Assembly: GCF_006345805.1 (NCBI RefSeq)
Contig: NC_043014.1
Coordinates: 23,002,001-23,066,000, forward strand
DNA: 64,000 bases
Source of the DNA: Octopus sinensis
Taxonomy: Eukaryota
Direction: 5' to 3'
The stretch's first letter is position 1; every line of letters starts with the position of its first letter. Shown here one piece after another: positions 1 through 11,542 of this stretch. The position numbers and the translations under genes were made by a program. The notes under the pieces are model-generated. The model had not been told where the DNA came from. It saw only the letters and a list, made by a program, of their open reading frames with translations, and ran no database searches.

Positions 1-423
1 TTCTTTTAATTTTCTTTGGTACAGATTGTTCCTCAATGGGTGATTTTTAAATTTAATATTTCTGATGGTGTCCCATAATTCTTGCTCAAAGTTGTTCAGA
101 TGTTTATTTGGTGGTGGAGATTTCCTAGATTTGAATGTATTTCCATTCAGCACGGATGCAGCACGGATTTTTGTCCGTGAACAGGTCGCAAATGTATTTC
201 CAGTTAGTTTAATTGCTTTTTCATAGCTACTTCTTGTTCCATTGCGGTTGATGTCAATACTTCCTTCTTGATTCACTTTTCTAATACTGTTTTCATGGTG
301 GAAAACCTTCCATCTAATCCTGCGAATAAACTCGTTAATTCTATAAATTAGCTCTTTGGTGTAGTGGTCCTTAGTAGGAATGGGTACATCTTTCATTGAT
401 GAATTGATCAGTATCTTCTCCAT
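1..423 (-). CDS. N-terminus of a Penelope-like retroelement (PLE) ORF; runs off the left window edge
   Basis: Manual translation from ATG at 423-421 gives 141 stop-free codons to position 1: MEKILINSSMKDVPIPTKDHYTKELIYRINEFIRRIRWKVFHHE...TFKSRKSPPPNKHLNNFEQELWDTIRNIKFKNHPLRNNLYQRKLKE. The S-M-K-x-x-P-I-P...R-x-R-W-K-x-F and FKSxKxPP...FE motifs resemble the N-terminus of invertebrate PLE ORFs (recalled). Hammerhead-type terminal repeat upstream. Absent from the ORF track because there is no stop inside the window. Confidence 0.7.
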   Translation of the reverse strand, partial: MEKILINSSMKDVPIPTKDHYTKELIYRINEFIRRIRWKVFHHENSIRKVNQEGSIDINRNGTRSSYEKAIKLTGNTFATCSRTKIRAASVLNGNTFKSRKSPPPNKHLNNFEQELWDTIRNIKFKNHPLRNNLYQRKLKE

Positions 424-1014
424 TTTACTAGCAGTAATTATCCTGTAGGATTAATGCACTATACTTGGATGTATTCACTTATACCATCAATACTTAAAGT
501 ATTGAGCGGATATTTCATGTACACAAGTATTAGCAATTCAAATTCCTCAGAAAGTTAACTTAAAATTACAAAGTGAGATAGGGGTTGTGAGTGTAACCCT
601 CTATGGGATAACATATATCCAATATACTGCCAGTAAAGCACCCAGAAATGCTAAGAATTGCAATGCAATTAATTCATTTATTGTATTATATGGGCGAAGG
701 TAAAATGTTTTACCTCAAATTCATAATACAAAATAAGAAAATGGAGGAATACACTTTAATCAATCATCAACTACCAGATAATACCAATTCACATAATTTA
801 TTAACCAACTACATAGGAACATCTAGATCAAACACAATAATACAGGACAAAACAGTACACATCAATGAGTAATATGATACCATAAGTACAATACGTATAA
901 ATAAATATAAATAAATATAAATATAAACTAGATCTTACAGCTGTTTCAGCCATGTAGATAAGAGTATGTCATTATGCTCATATTAGCCAGGTATGTTAAG
1001 GTAATATGTGGTTA
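424..1014 (-). mobile_element. PLE 5' region / pseudo-LTR carrying only the 3' half of a hammerhead
   Basis: 928-1014 is the reverse complement of 2888-2974 (includes GGCTGAAACAGCTGTAAGATCTAG); 726-829 is the reverse complement of 2968-3070; 570-745 resembles 26230-26415 (opposite strand). Confidence 0.7.
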
Positions 1015-1138
1015 CCTGTATATATATGGTTTATGTATGTATACCTGTAATTCTATCTGTATGTATGTCTGCGTATGTTTATATGTATATTCATGCTTTT
1101 ATGGGTGAATTTGCGTTTGTGTATATATGTGTATGCAG

Positions 1139-1173
<35 letters not shown>

Positions 1174-2843
1174 CATATATATATTGGTGCAGTTTTCCCA
1201 TACCTATACATATTTATTGATGGTGTGTTTGTGAGTGTACATATGGATGTGTATTCATTTTTCTTATGCAGTATATTTGTATGTAGGAGGATATATACGT
1301 ATGTCTATTCTTTTAGGGTACATTTAGGTACGTCAGTGTATGTATACCTGTATATATATATATTAAATTTAGATTTATAGGTGTATATCTGTTACTTGTA
1401 TGTATATTTATGTGTAGGTTTTTAGGTATAAAAGTACATATGTATGAGTCTTTGTACAAATGTTATTGTCGGTGTATACCTAAAATTAAAATAAGCATAC
1501 ATACACTGATAGATATAGATTACGTAATTTTTGATGGGTTGTGTTTCGTGTTTGGGGGTACATGGTTGTGGTGGTAAATGACTCCGGTTTTTTATTAATT
1601 GGTAGCCTTATATTTGTTTTGTATATGGATGTGTGGTTTGCTAGGATAAGGTTTATACAGAATTGTGGTTTGAGCAAGCTCATACTCGTAGGTGTTGATA
1701 TCTGGACGGTTTAGTAGTGTTTTGGTTTTTTACGGTATAATCAGTGTAATTTTTAATTTATGTATCTTCCGCAAATAACGTACTTTTTCTTTACCCTAGT
1801 TATTGTAAATGTGTGTGTTGAGTTTATATCCCTCTTGTAAACTTTATCTGAATATTTTCCAACCTTTGCCTAATATTAATCCTTACGTTTTCTACCCTTT
1901 TAGGTCCCTCTTTTTTGCACATTATGAATTACCCTTCCAACCCTTTTCGATGTATTAACAATTAGTATTATCTTAATTTTAATGATTCTAAATATTATTT
2001 TAGTTATCAGTATGTATGTGTATGTATATATATACATATATGTGTGTGTGGTTGTTTTTGGGTATATGTATTTGTTTATATATATGTATATATGGATATA
2101 TACGTATGTAGTTATGTATGTACGCATGTTTGTGTTTATGTAAGTTTGTATTTTCTGTGCTTAGGTTTATCTATGTGTGCATGCGTATGCGCGCATATAC
2201 AAGTGTATGTATGTAAGTGTATCTTAACCAACCAACCATAACTAAGACAACTGAAATTCAAATGTGCCAACCAATCGTATTGAGCTTTAAATCTTAATTA
2301 TTTGCAAACCTGCTAATAAATATCAATCACCGTCCGAACTTTGATTTGTATGTATACGCATGCACACTTTTGGTTTTTCTATCATGTAAAGGAATATTTT
2401 TCTTTATATATGTGTTTGTTGAGCTATACTGTATTGTATTGTATTATATTATTATATTATGCTGTTGCTGTATTCTATGTGATATTTTCCATATACTATG
2501 TATTGTGAATGGCGGAATGCACATATTCTTTTACTGGTATTATTATTATTAATAATAATAATAATAATAACAATATTAATAGCCTTTTGTAACTTAATAC
2601 AATGAACACTGGACTTTGTATATGTACACTTTCATGTGGATGTGCGTATGTATATATATTCTAATATATTGATTTGACTAACTGTAACCTTATGTGTATG
2701 TATATTATTATTATTATGTATATACTTATATATATGTAGGTGCATGTGTATATGCACTTATATGTATGTGTATATTATGTATATGTACTTATTCTTGTAT
2801 ATGTGTACCTTCTCTAATATTCATATTTGAATTGTACTTTATA

Positions 2844-2970
2844 ATCTCTGAAGAGGCCTTGGGATATATATGTAAGTATCTCATTTATAACCACATATTA
2901 CCTTAACACACCTGGCTAATATGAGCATAATGAGATACTCTTATCTACATGGCTGAAACAGCTGTAAGAT
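2844..2970 (+). ncRNA. Type I hammerhead ribozyme (PLE-associated, palindromic stem III, long stem II)
   Basis: Stem I ATCT(2844-47)/AGAT(2967-70); core CTGAAGA 2848-54; stem II GGCC(2855-58)/GGCT(2951-54) extended by AGTATCTCATT/AATGAGATACT and CATATTA/TAATATG; GAAA 2955-58; stem III palindrome ACAGCTGT; predicted GUA cleavage after 2966. Confidence 0.8.
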
Positions 2971-3070
2971 CTAGATGTTCCTATGTAGTTGGTTAATAAA
3001 TTATGTGAATGGGTATTATCTGGTAGTTGATGATTGATTAAAGTGTATTCCTCCATTTTTTTATTTTGTA
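2844..3070 (+). repeat. Inverted pseudo-LTR copy of the PLE 5' region
   Basis: Near-identical reverse complement of 726-829 plus 928-1014, lacking the 105 bp between two CTAGATC copies (823-829, 928-934). Confidence 0.85.
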
Positions 3071-3644
3071 TATATATATATATATATATATATAAGAAAA
3101 AATAATAAGGTAAAATGCAAAATTTAATAAAAATGGGTGTATGAAAAATTAGAAAAGAAAAAAGAAATCAAACAGGCTTTCATTGCAAGGCAAATTTTCA
3201 AGATTTGGAATTGGAAAAATTTTTTTTAAATTGAGGAAGGGGAAAAAAGAAATTTACAATGTTTTTTTTTCAAAGAAATAATAATACATATATACAAAAA
3301 TTAATAAATAAGTATGCCAATACATTGTAGAGACTTTATGCTTTTAGAGTTCAATATTAGTCCTTTGAAAAATTTCTTTGGAGGGTTAGGATGCATGTGT
3401 TTAAGTGTAGTGTTTTGTTTGAAAAAGTTGGGTGTTTGTGTGTCAAAACAGGAAATGGGGTGGGAGTTATCCAGTTCCTGTAAATAAGGGGAGACAATTC
3501 TGTGGATTTTATATTCTTTAATTGGAATGATGGATTTTTTGTCAAACAGGATGCTTATATCAATGTTTTGTCAGACAGGATGCTAGAAAAAGGAATATGT
3601 TCACCGTGGAGTTTGCATATTAAGGAGCATTTGGTCAGATTCCA

Positions 3645-4640
3645 TCACACTCCAGGGGAAGAAACTAGAAGTAGTTGATAGCTTCTGCTACCTTGGTGAC
3701 CAAGTTAGTAGTGGGGTGGATTCACAGAGAGTGTTACCACTAGAATATGAATAGCCTGGGCAAAGTTTAGAAAGCTTCTACCCCTACTGGTAACAAAGGG
3801 TCTCTCGCTCAAAGTGAAAGGTAGATTGTACGATGCATGTATGCGAACTGCCATGCTTCACGGCAGTGAAACATGGGCTGTGACTGCAGAGGACATGCGT
3901 AGACTCAGAAGAAATGAAGCTAGCATGATCTGCTGCATGTGTAATGTCAGTGTGCACACATGACAGACTGTAAGCGCCCTGAGAGAAATGTTGGACATAA
4001 GAAGCATCGGATGTGGAGTGCAAGAGAGACGTTTGCGCTGGTATGGTCATGTACTACGGATGGATGAGGAGAGATGTGTGAAGATGTGCCACTCCTAAAC
4101 AGTTGGAGGAATCTGGGGTAGAGGTATATCCAGGAAGACATGAGATGAGGTGGTCAAGCATGACCTTCAAACGTTGTGCCTCACAGAGGCAATGATGAAA
4201 GACTGAGACCACTGGAGATATGCTGTTACTATGAAGGCCTGACAAATAAAGTGAGTTCATGGCTTGCAGGACAGCCTGCTGTGCTTACCTTGGATCGTAA
4301 GGCAACCTGCTGTGCTTGAGGAGACCTATTGAGTCAAGTACATCAACAAGAAAATAAAAATCAAATGGAAATTGTAGTTATGATACCTGTGCCAGTGGCA
4401 CGTAAAAAGCACAATCTGAACATGGCCAATACCAGTGCTGCCTTGACTGGCATCCATGCTAGTGGCACGTAAAAAGCACCCACTACACTCACGGAGTGGT
4501 TAGTGTTAGGAAGGGCATCCAGCTGCAGAAACACTGCCAGATCAAACTGGAGCTTGGTGCAGCCTCCTGGCTTCCCAGTCCCTGGTCGAACCGTCCAACT
4601 CATGCTACCATGAAAATAGACATTAAAATGAAGATGATGA
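3645..4640 (+). mobile_element. RTE-clade LINE, 3' end of ORF, 3' UTR and (GAT)n tail
   Basis: Degenerate translation KLEVVDSFCYLGD...KGLSLKVKGRLYDACMRTAMLHGSETWAVT...ERRLRWYGHVLRMDEER; 3' UTR ending in (GAT)n at ~4610-4635. Confidence 0.9.
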
Positions 4641-5155
<515 letters not shown>

Positions 5156-5899
5156 AATTATTGTTAACTTTGTCTGTTAGTAATATCCTTTTTCTTATAA
5201 TATTCCAGACTGTTTTGGTCACCTCGCCATGCCTCAAATAAGGATAATATTTAGAAGCTGGCAGTTTTAGTTTTGCATGCCCTACATTTGTTATCCATCA
5301 ATTAATGAATGCCTGCGTGTGCAAAATCAATTCTGCCTAATTTCATAGTATTAATATTTGTAATTTGTATGCAATCAACAGAATTTCCAAAGCAGGTAAT
5401 AAATTAGAGATTTTGGTGTATTCTCAGTAGCAAGGTGTGACTAAATTACCCATGTATGGATTATATGATAAAAGAAGAATAAAAAGTTTTTTAATTCTAA
5501 TATTTTTGTGCTATTTTAAACGTGAATATTAGTTAGAAGCTGGGGCTAATAACTATATTTATTCGTTTAATATATTGGAAAATTAGTGAGAAAGTTATTA
5601 GCTATGTCTTGTGTATTTTTATTTTGTTTTATTTGTTCAAGTGTTCTTGTTTTATTCTAATTCCTGAGTAAGACTCAACAAGTAAAAAGTGAGAAATTTA
5701 TAGTTAGCTCAAGTATGAAATTTTAAATGTCACTGTAGCACCCATTTAATTAATTATATGATGTTTATGACATTATTATTAATTCATAAAAACTGTTGAA
5801 ATATTCAAAGTACAGGTGGACAAAGAAAAGAACAGGGGAGTTAATAGTTATAGACATTCTTCATACTTACCATTACTCTGGAAATTATTAACTGGCTTC

Positions 5900-7560
5900 A
5901 TAGCAGATGAAGTGTAAAAATACTCTGGAGAAGGAGAATCTATTATCAAAGGAGAAAAAGGATTGCAAAAAGAGTCAAGAGTAATTCTGATCAGCTTTAT
6001 ATTGTTCCACACTGCTGGCCCTTGGTGTACCTAGAAGACTTGGAGTCAATAACAAGAATAACTGAGTTTTTTGAAAAAGTAATGAGAGTGGAAACTAACA
6101 TGCACAAATGAATCATTAGGAATCATGAAATGGGGATATTCCAGGGAAACTTACTCTCTTCACTGCCTTTTTGAAAAAGTAATGAGAGTGAAAACTAACA
6201 TGCACAAATGAATCATTAGGAATCATGAAGTGGGGATATTCCAGGGAAACTTACTCTCTTCACTGCCTTTCATCATTGCATTAACTCTGACACACATACT
6301 GAGAAAATCCTGGCCTGTTTACAAGTTTACCAAAACCAAGGTGACAATAAATCCCTGCTTTGTATGGATGATCTCAAACCATATACAAAATGTGAAAAAG
6401 ACCTGGATTTTCTGAGCCAAACAGTAAGATTTTTCAGCAAAGATACTGGAATGTAGTTTGGGATAAATAAGTGTGCAATGTTAATTATGAAGAGATGTCA
6501 AAAAATAAATCCTAATGATATGAAATTACTACAAGATGATGTCATTAGTTCGCTGAGATTAAATACATGATACAAGTATTTAAGGGTGCTTTAAGACAAT
6601 AACATAATGGAAGGATAAATGAGAGAGAAAAATTGCCAAGTAGTACAAGAGAAGAATAAGGAAAGTGCTCAAAATAAAATTAAATGGAGAGAATATCATC
6701 AAAGCAATGAATACATAATCCATGCCAGTATTAAGATACTCTGTTCCTTTTTTGACAGAAACAGAGTTACAGAACTTAGACAGAAGAACTAGGAAGCTGC
6801 TCCAATTGCACAATGTGCATCATCATAAAAGTAATATCAGCAAACTTTATCTACCAAAAATGGAAGGAAGCAGAGGATTGCTAAATGCAGAAGACACCAT
6901 TAGCATTGCAATATTGGGTTTGAGAAACTATGTTGTGTGCAACAAAGAAAGAATATTACTAGCAGCTATAAATGTCCCAAAAGTTACTGAAACAGTAGGA
7001 GTATTCAAGAATAGAAAAAAGAACAACAGAACAAGTAGCTGGAAAGATAAGTAATTACATAGCCAATTCATGTAACAAACTTTATGTGCTATAATGCTGG
7101 AAGTAAAGAATGCTGGTTGTAGCTAATGGATGGAGCCTGAAATGAGAAACTGAAGCACTAATTATAGTTGCTCAGGAACAGGCAAAGATTAATAAATTCA
7201 GTCAGGAAGCAAATACAGAATCTGTGGGAGAGGAGATAAAAGTATCAGCAATCTCTTGCATAGAAGCAGTAAGCTAGCATAAAAAGAGTATAAATGCAGA
7301 CATGACAGTGTAGGTAAGAGAGTGCACTGGGACATTAGTGAAATAATAGAAAAATGATATGAAAACGAACAAGGGGTTGTGATAGAGAATAAGAATTGCA
7401 AAGAAGTTGAAAATAATTGAGAAATATCATGACTTAGCCAGTGAGATGAAGAGATTGTGGAAGACTAAGGTGTGGAATTGAGACTTGCATTGTCAACCTG
7501 TTGGAAAGTGAAATCCTGTATTTAACAAGAATCTTATGAAAGATTATTGAGATTTAAGGA
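5900..7560 (+). mobile_element. R4/Dong-type non-LTR retrotransposon fragment (RT C-terminal half plus CCHC region)
   Basis: GIFQGNLLSSLPFIIAL (GIFQGDSLSP-like), MPVLRYS...LDRRTRKLL...KLYLPKMEGSRGLL, and CRICG...HDSVGKRVHWDI; many stops and frameshifts. Confidence 0.85.
6068..6267 (+). repeat. 100-bp tandem duplication inside the R4/Dong fragment
   Basis: GAAAAAGTAATGAGAGTG at 6073 and 6173; CACTGCC ends at 6167 and 6267. Confidence 0.95.
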
Positions 7561-7654
7561 GACTTGTTATCACCAAACCTCAAGATAGCATTCCTGCTAA
7601 TATAGCATGTAATAATATTAATAATAATAATGATAATAATGATGATAATAACTG

Positions 7655-7973
7655 TTTCTAATTTAGGCAGAAGGTCGGCAATTTTGTGAGGAGGGAGCTT
7701 GCTGATGCCATTGATTCCAGGACTTACATTTTATTTCATAGAACCGGGGAGGATGAATGGCAATGTTGACCTTGGAATAGGAGGTAAGCTGGCAGAATTG
7801 TTACTGTGCCAAACAAAATTCTTAGCAGTATTTCTTCCGACTTTACATTCTGGAGTCAACTTTGCTTTTCATTTTTCAGGTTGATAAAATAAGTACCAGT
7901 TGATTATTGGGGTCTATGTAATCAACTTATCCCTTTCCCTGAAGTTGCTGACCTTGTGCCGAAATTTGAAACC
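7655..7973. mobile_element. Two tRNA-derived SINE copies in divergent orientation (minus 7655-7778, plus 7780-7973)
   Basis: The plus copy has a GAGCTGGCAGAA-type head and a CCTTGTGCCGAAATTTGAAACC tail; the same family recurs at about 26930-27130, 27590-27790, 46880-47030 and 60347-60520. Confidence 0.7.
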
Positions 7974-7999
7974 AAATGTTTCAAAAAGCATCCTTCAAA

Positions 8000-8320
8000 C
8001 TCTGGGTCTCATGGAAGTAGTGACAAGTGACTGAAACCTTTGGCAATATATCATGCTTGAAAAACCTGTCAAGCCAAGTGAGATCACAGTTGTGGCTGAT
8101 GCCAGTGTTTCATAACTGGCACCCATACCAGTGGCATGTAAAAAGCACCCACCAGACTCTTGGAGTAGTTGGCATTAGAGAAGGACATTCAGCTGTAGAG
8201 ACCATGCCAAATCAGACTGAAACCTCGTGCAGCTCCCCAGCTTAACAGTTTTCAGTCAAACTGTCTAACCCAGGCCAGCATGGAAAACTGATGTTAAATG
8301 ATGGTGATGATGATGATGTT
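8000..8320 (+). mobile_element. RTE 3' UTR fragment with (GAT)n tail
   Basis: GTGGCATGTAAAAAGCACCC...GGAGTAGTTGGCATTAG...GCATGGAAAA...GATGATGATG, matching 4460-4635. Confidence 0.8.
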
Positions 8321-8945
8321 GACCTTGGCAAGATTTGAACTTAGAATATAAAGAGCTGTAACTAAATATCATAAAACATTTTGCCTGATGCTCTAATGAC
8401 TCTACTAATCCACTATCCTTAATTATTTTGGTACAATGCCAGCAATTTTGAGGGTATAGTCAATTATACTAGTCAATATTTGACTGGATTCTTTTATTTT
8501 ATAAACCCCAGAAGGATGAAAAATAAAGTTTGCTGATTTTGGTTTATTTTGAAATCAGAACATTGTGAGAAAGAATTAAATACAGAGAGTTATTTAATTT
8601 ATAAGGTTATCTTCCAAGTATAATGCTACTGTTCTATTACCTTCCAAGTGTAATGGTTTATTTAGTGGCTACAGAGACCCCACACATAAAATATAATACA
8701 TTTTACATATGTACACAACTTACAGAAAATAGCACTACTAGGTACTACATGCATAATACATGGAATAGGTTCAATACAATAGAAAATACAAAAACTAAAC
8801 AAAACACTGCACATACCCAAGGCACACATTTTATATAAAAACGTTGCAAACAAACATGTCATACTGTACATATACAATAGCCAGAGGAGGAACAAAATAC
8901 AATATACAGCATGCAAAAGATTAAAATTAAATAAAATAGGTTCAT

Positions 8946-8986
<41 letters not shown>

Positions 8987-9246
8987 TTTTATGGAAATAT
9001 AATAACAATAATAGTAATAAATTATATTCTTATTATGTACGTGTGTGGCAACTTAGATTTCATACCCACACCTAAAGGTTTAATACAATTAACCTCACTG
9101 TTTGTTTTAAGTCTTGGTTACCACACACATCTACAGATCTAAATCAAATTATTTTTTCTTACACCATACCATATTTATGTATCAAGTATTCTTATAGTTT
9201 TGTACAATAAAATTGTTAAGAGAAACATTTACTTTATATATGTACC

Positions 9247-9288
<42 letters not shown>

Positions 9289-10061
9289 TATGGATGTGTG
9301 TGTATGTATATGTGTGCATATAAACAACCTTGTCATATTATATTGTTATATTATAAATTCTAATATTTCTACTATTTTGTATGTAAAAATAATAATGGAT
9401 TCTTTTTTACATGAGTTCTATTTTGGTAAAAGAAGTGAAGGAGTGAGAATGAATAGCATTCATATAACTGACCTCAGTAACTTACTAGTATTGTTTACTT
9501 TATTAACTCCATTGCCATCAATAGCTTGTGGTTTGTAACCAATAGTTTTGTGCCAACAAGAAACTCCTTATATGATTGATAGACCTGCTAGAAATAGCAG
9601 CCAAATCCACCTTTGACTCAGACCCTACCCTACAATCTTAAAAGGTAAAAAAATAATAAACAAAGCCAACAATGGAGTTTCTATGGCAAAAGTAACCAAA
9701 CCATGCCCAAATCACACTTTACTTTCTTAAAATAGAATATATCAGACAATGTAATTTTATATATACAGTCATGATAGTCATGGCTGGAATACTTTGGATC
9801 AAAAGTCTGCTTGATCAGAACATATTAGATTCATAATGATGAAAACAGATAAGATGCTCAAAGCAAGAATGTCTTTGATCATAGATGTGCTTGATTTGAG
9901 CTCATTTAGTTGGGGCTGAGATTTATGTGCATGTGTACGAATATAATGATTGAGAATATGGAGACTGGTACATTCTCAAAGTTTATAGCCTTCTATTTTA
10001 CAATGTCATACAGCATATTTTAATTGTTACAATGACCCACACATGTTTCCACTGCACAGAG

Positions 10062-10091
10062 TATGCCCAGTTGCATATGCAACTGGGCATA
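10062..10091. repeat. Perfect 30-bp palindrome
   Basis: TATGCCCAGTTGCAT|ATGCAACTGGGCATA, with outer arms CTGCACAGA (10052-60) and TCTGTGCAG (10096-104). Confidence 0.95.
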
Positions 10092-10136
10092 ATTTTCTGT
10101 GCAGCTTTGTTCCAGACTGTTAGATGTTGTTATGGT

Positions 10137-10370
10137 CAAGGAAAAACTTAGCTAAGAGCATTAGATTCCTTGGAAGAAAGCATCGAATGTATACAAAAGC
10201 AAGGACGGAAAAAAACGGACAATGTTACACAAATATAAATACAATATTGTATTTATTTTTTTATTGTATTTATATTTGTGTAACATTGTCCGTTTTTTCC
10301 ATCCTTGTTTTTGTCTGCATTCGATGCTTTCTTCCAAGGAATCTAATGCTTTTAGCTTAGTTTTTCCTTG
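10137..10370. repeat. Long inverted repeat (~110-bp arms, ~15-nt loop)
   Basis: 10137-10246 is the near-perfect reverse complement of 10262-10370. Confidence 0.92.
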
Positions 10371-10639
10371 GGACTGCCCAGATTGGAGCAATCTCAAGAA
10401 TAATCAGCTGAAATTGCAAGGATAATCTGGTTCTTGACTGAAGATAGAAAACTTTGAATGACCCATCCTTGTTTTCTTTGTATCGTCTATCTGGATGTTT
10501 TGTTGTCCCTTTTTGTATCATCTAGTTGTCCAGATGTTTTGCATTCTTGTTCTATTTTGTATTTTATATATATATATAGTGGCGTACATACACTTTATGC
10601 TCTTATATATATATATAAACGCATATATATATCATAATC

Positions 10640-10950
10640 ATCATCATTATTTAATGTCTGTTGTCCATGCTGGCATGGGGTAGACAGTTTGACCAGGGCT
10701 GCACCAGACTCCAGTCTGATTTAGCATGGTTTTCTATGGCTGGATGCCCTTCCTAATGCCAACCACTCCAAGAATGTATTGGGTGCTTTTACATGCCACA
10801 GGCATGGCTGCCATTTGCGTGACACTGGTATCTGCTATATCTGCAATTTTGCTCGGCTTGATGGGTCTTCTTCTCAAGCACAACATAATGCCAAAGGTCT
10901 CGGTCATTGCCTCTGTGACGCCCAACACTCAAAAGGAGCTCAGTCACTTT
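10640..10950 (-). mobile_element. RTE 3' UTR fragment
   Basis: Reverse complement of the same tail (CATCAT...CCATGCTGGCATGGG...GGATGCCCTTCCTAATGCCAACCACTCC...GGGTGCTTTTACATGCCAC). Confidence 0.8.
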
Positions 10951-11542
10951 GCCTCCAATATATATATATATATATATACATCTTTATATATATAAAACTG
11001 AGAATGTGTGTGTGTCTGTCTGTCTGTCTGTCTGTCTGTGTGTTTCCCTAAAACTTGAGAACTACACAACCAATTTCATTCAAATTTTACACATGCCTTA
11101 CTTAGGGTCCATGTAGTTTCATGGGCAAAAAAAAATGTTCAACTTCTTGCCTAGAGCGAGCCCATAGCAATATCATATCTTCTTCACTATTTCAGTATTA
11201 CGTGTTAAAAGTGAAACAAAAATATTTCTCTATTTTATGTCAGATGCTTTCACTTTAACAATAAAAATAATAATAACAATTGAATTATATGTAGTAAGTA
11301 ATAATTAAAATCAAACTAAAGTATAATATAAGTAAAAATAGCAATTGGTACAAAATTGCATTAATGATTTGAACTTGAATAAGTGGTTTCACATGAATGG
11401 GAATTAAATTAAAAATAAAATTAGCGTGCCGAAATGGAATAGTCCAGATGGATAATAAAAAATTAAATTAAAGAAAAGACTATTGTCTATAAAGTATACA
11501 ATGTAGAGAAAAAAGAAGAGCTAACAATTCAATTTAATTGAT

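Noticed and set aside
1-423. Selenoprotein-type (Naiad) PLE
   Set aside because: No in-frame TGA in the 141 visible codons and the rest of the ORF is outside the window; not assessable.
10385-10460. CTGAAGA plus nearby GAAATTGC/GCAATC as a hammerhead
   Set aside because: The order of elements fits no type I, II or III topology and stem II cannot form; it is a simple hairpin.
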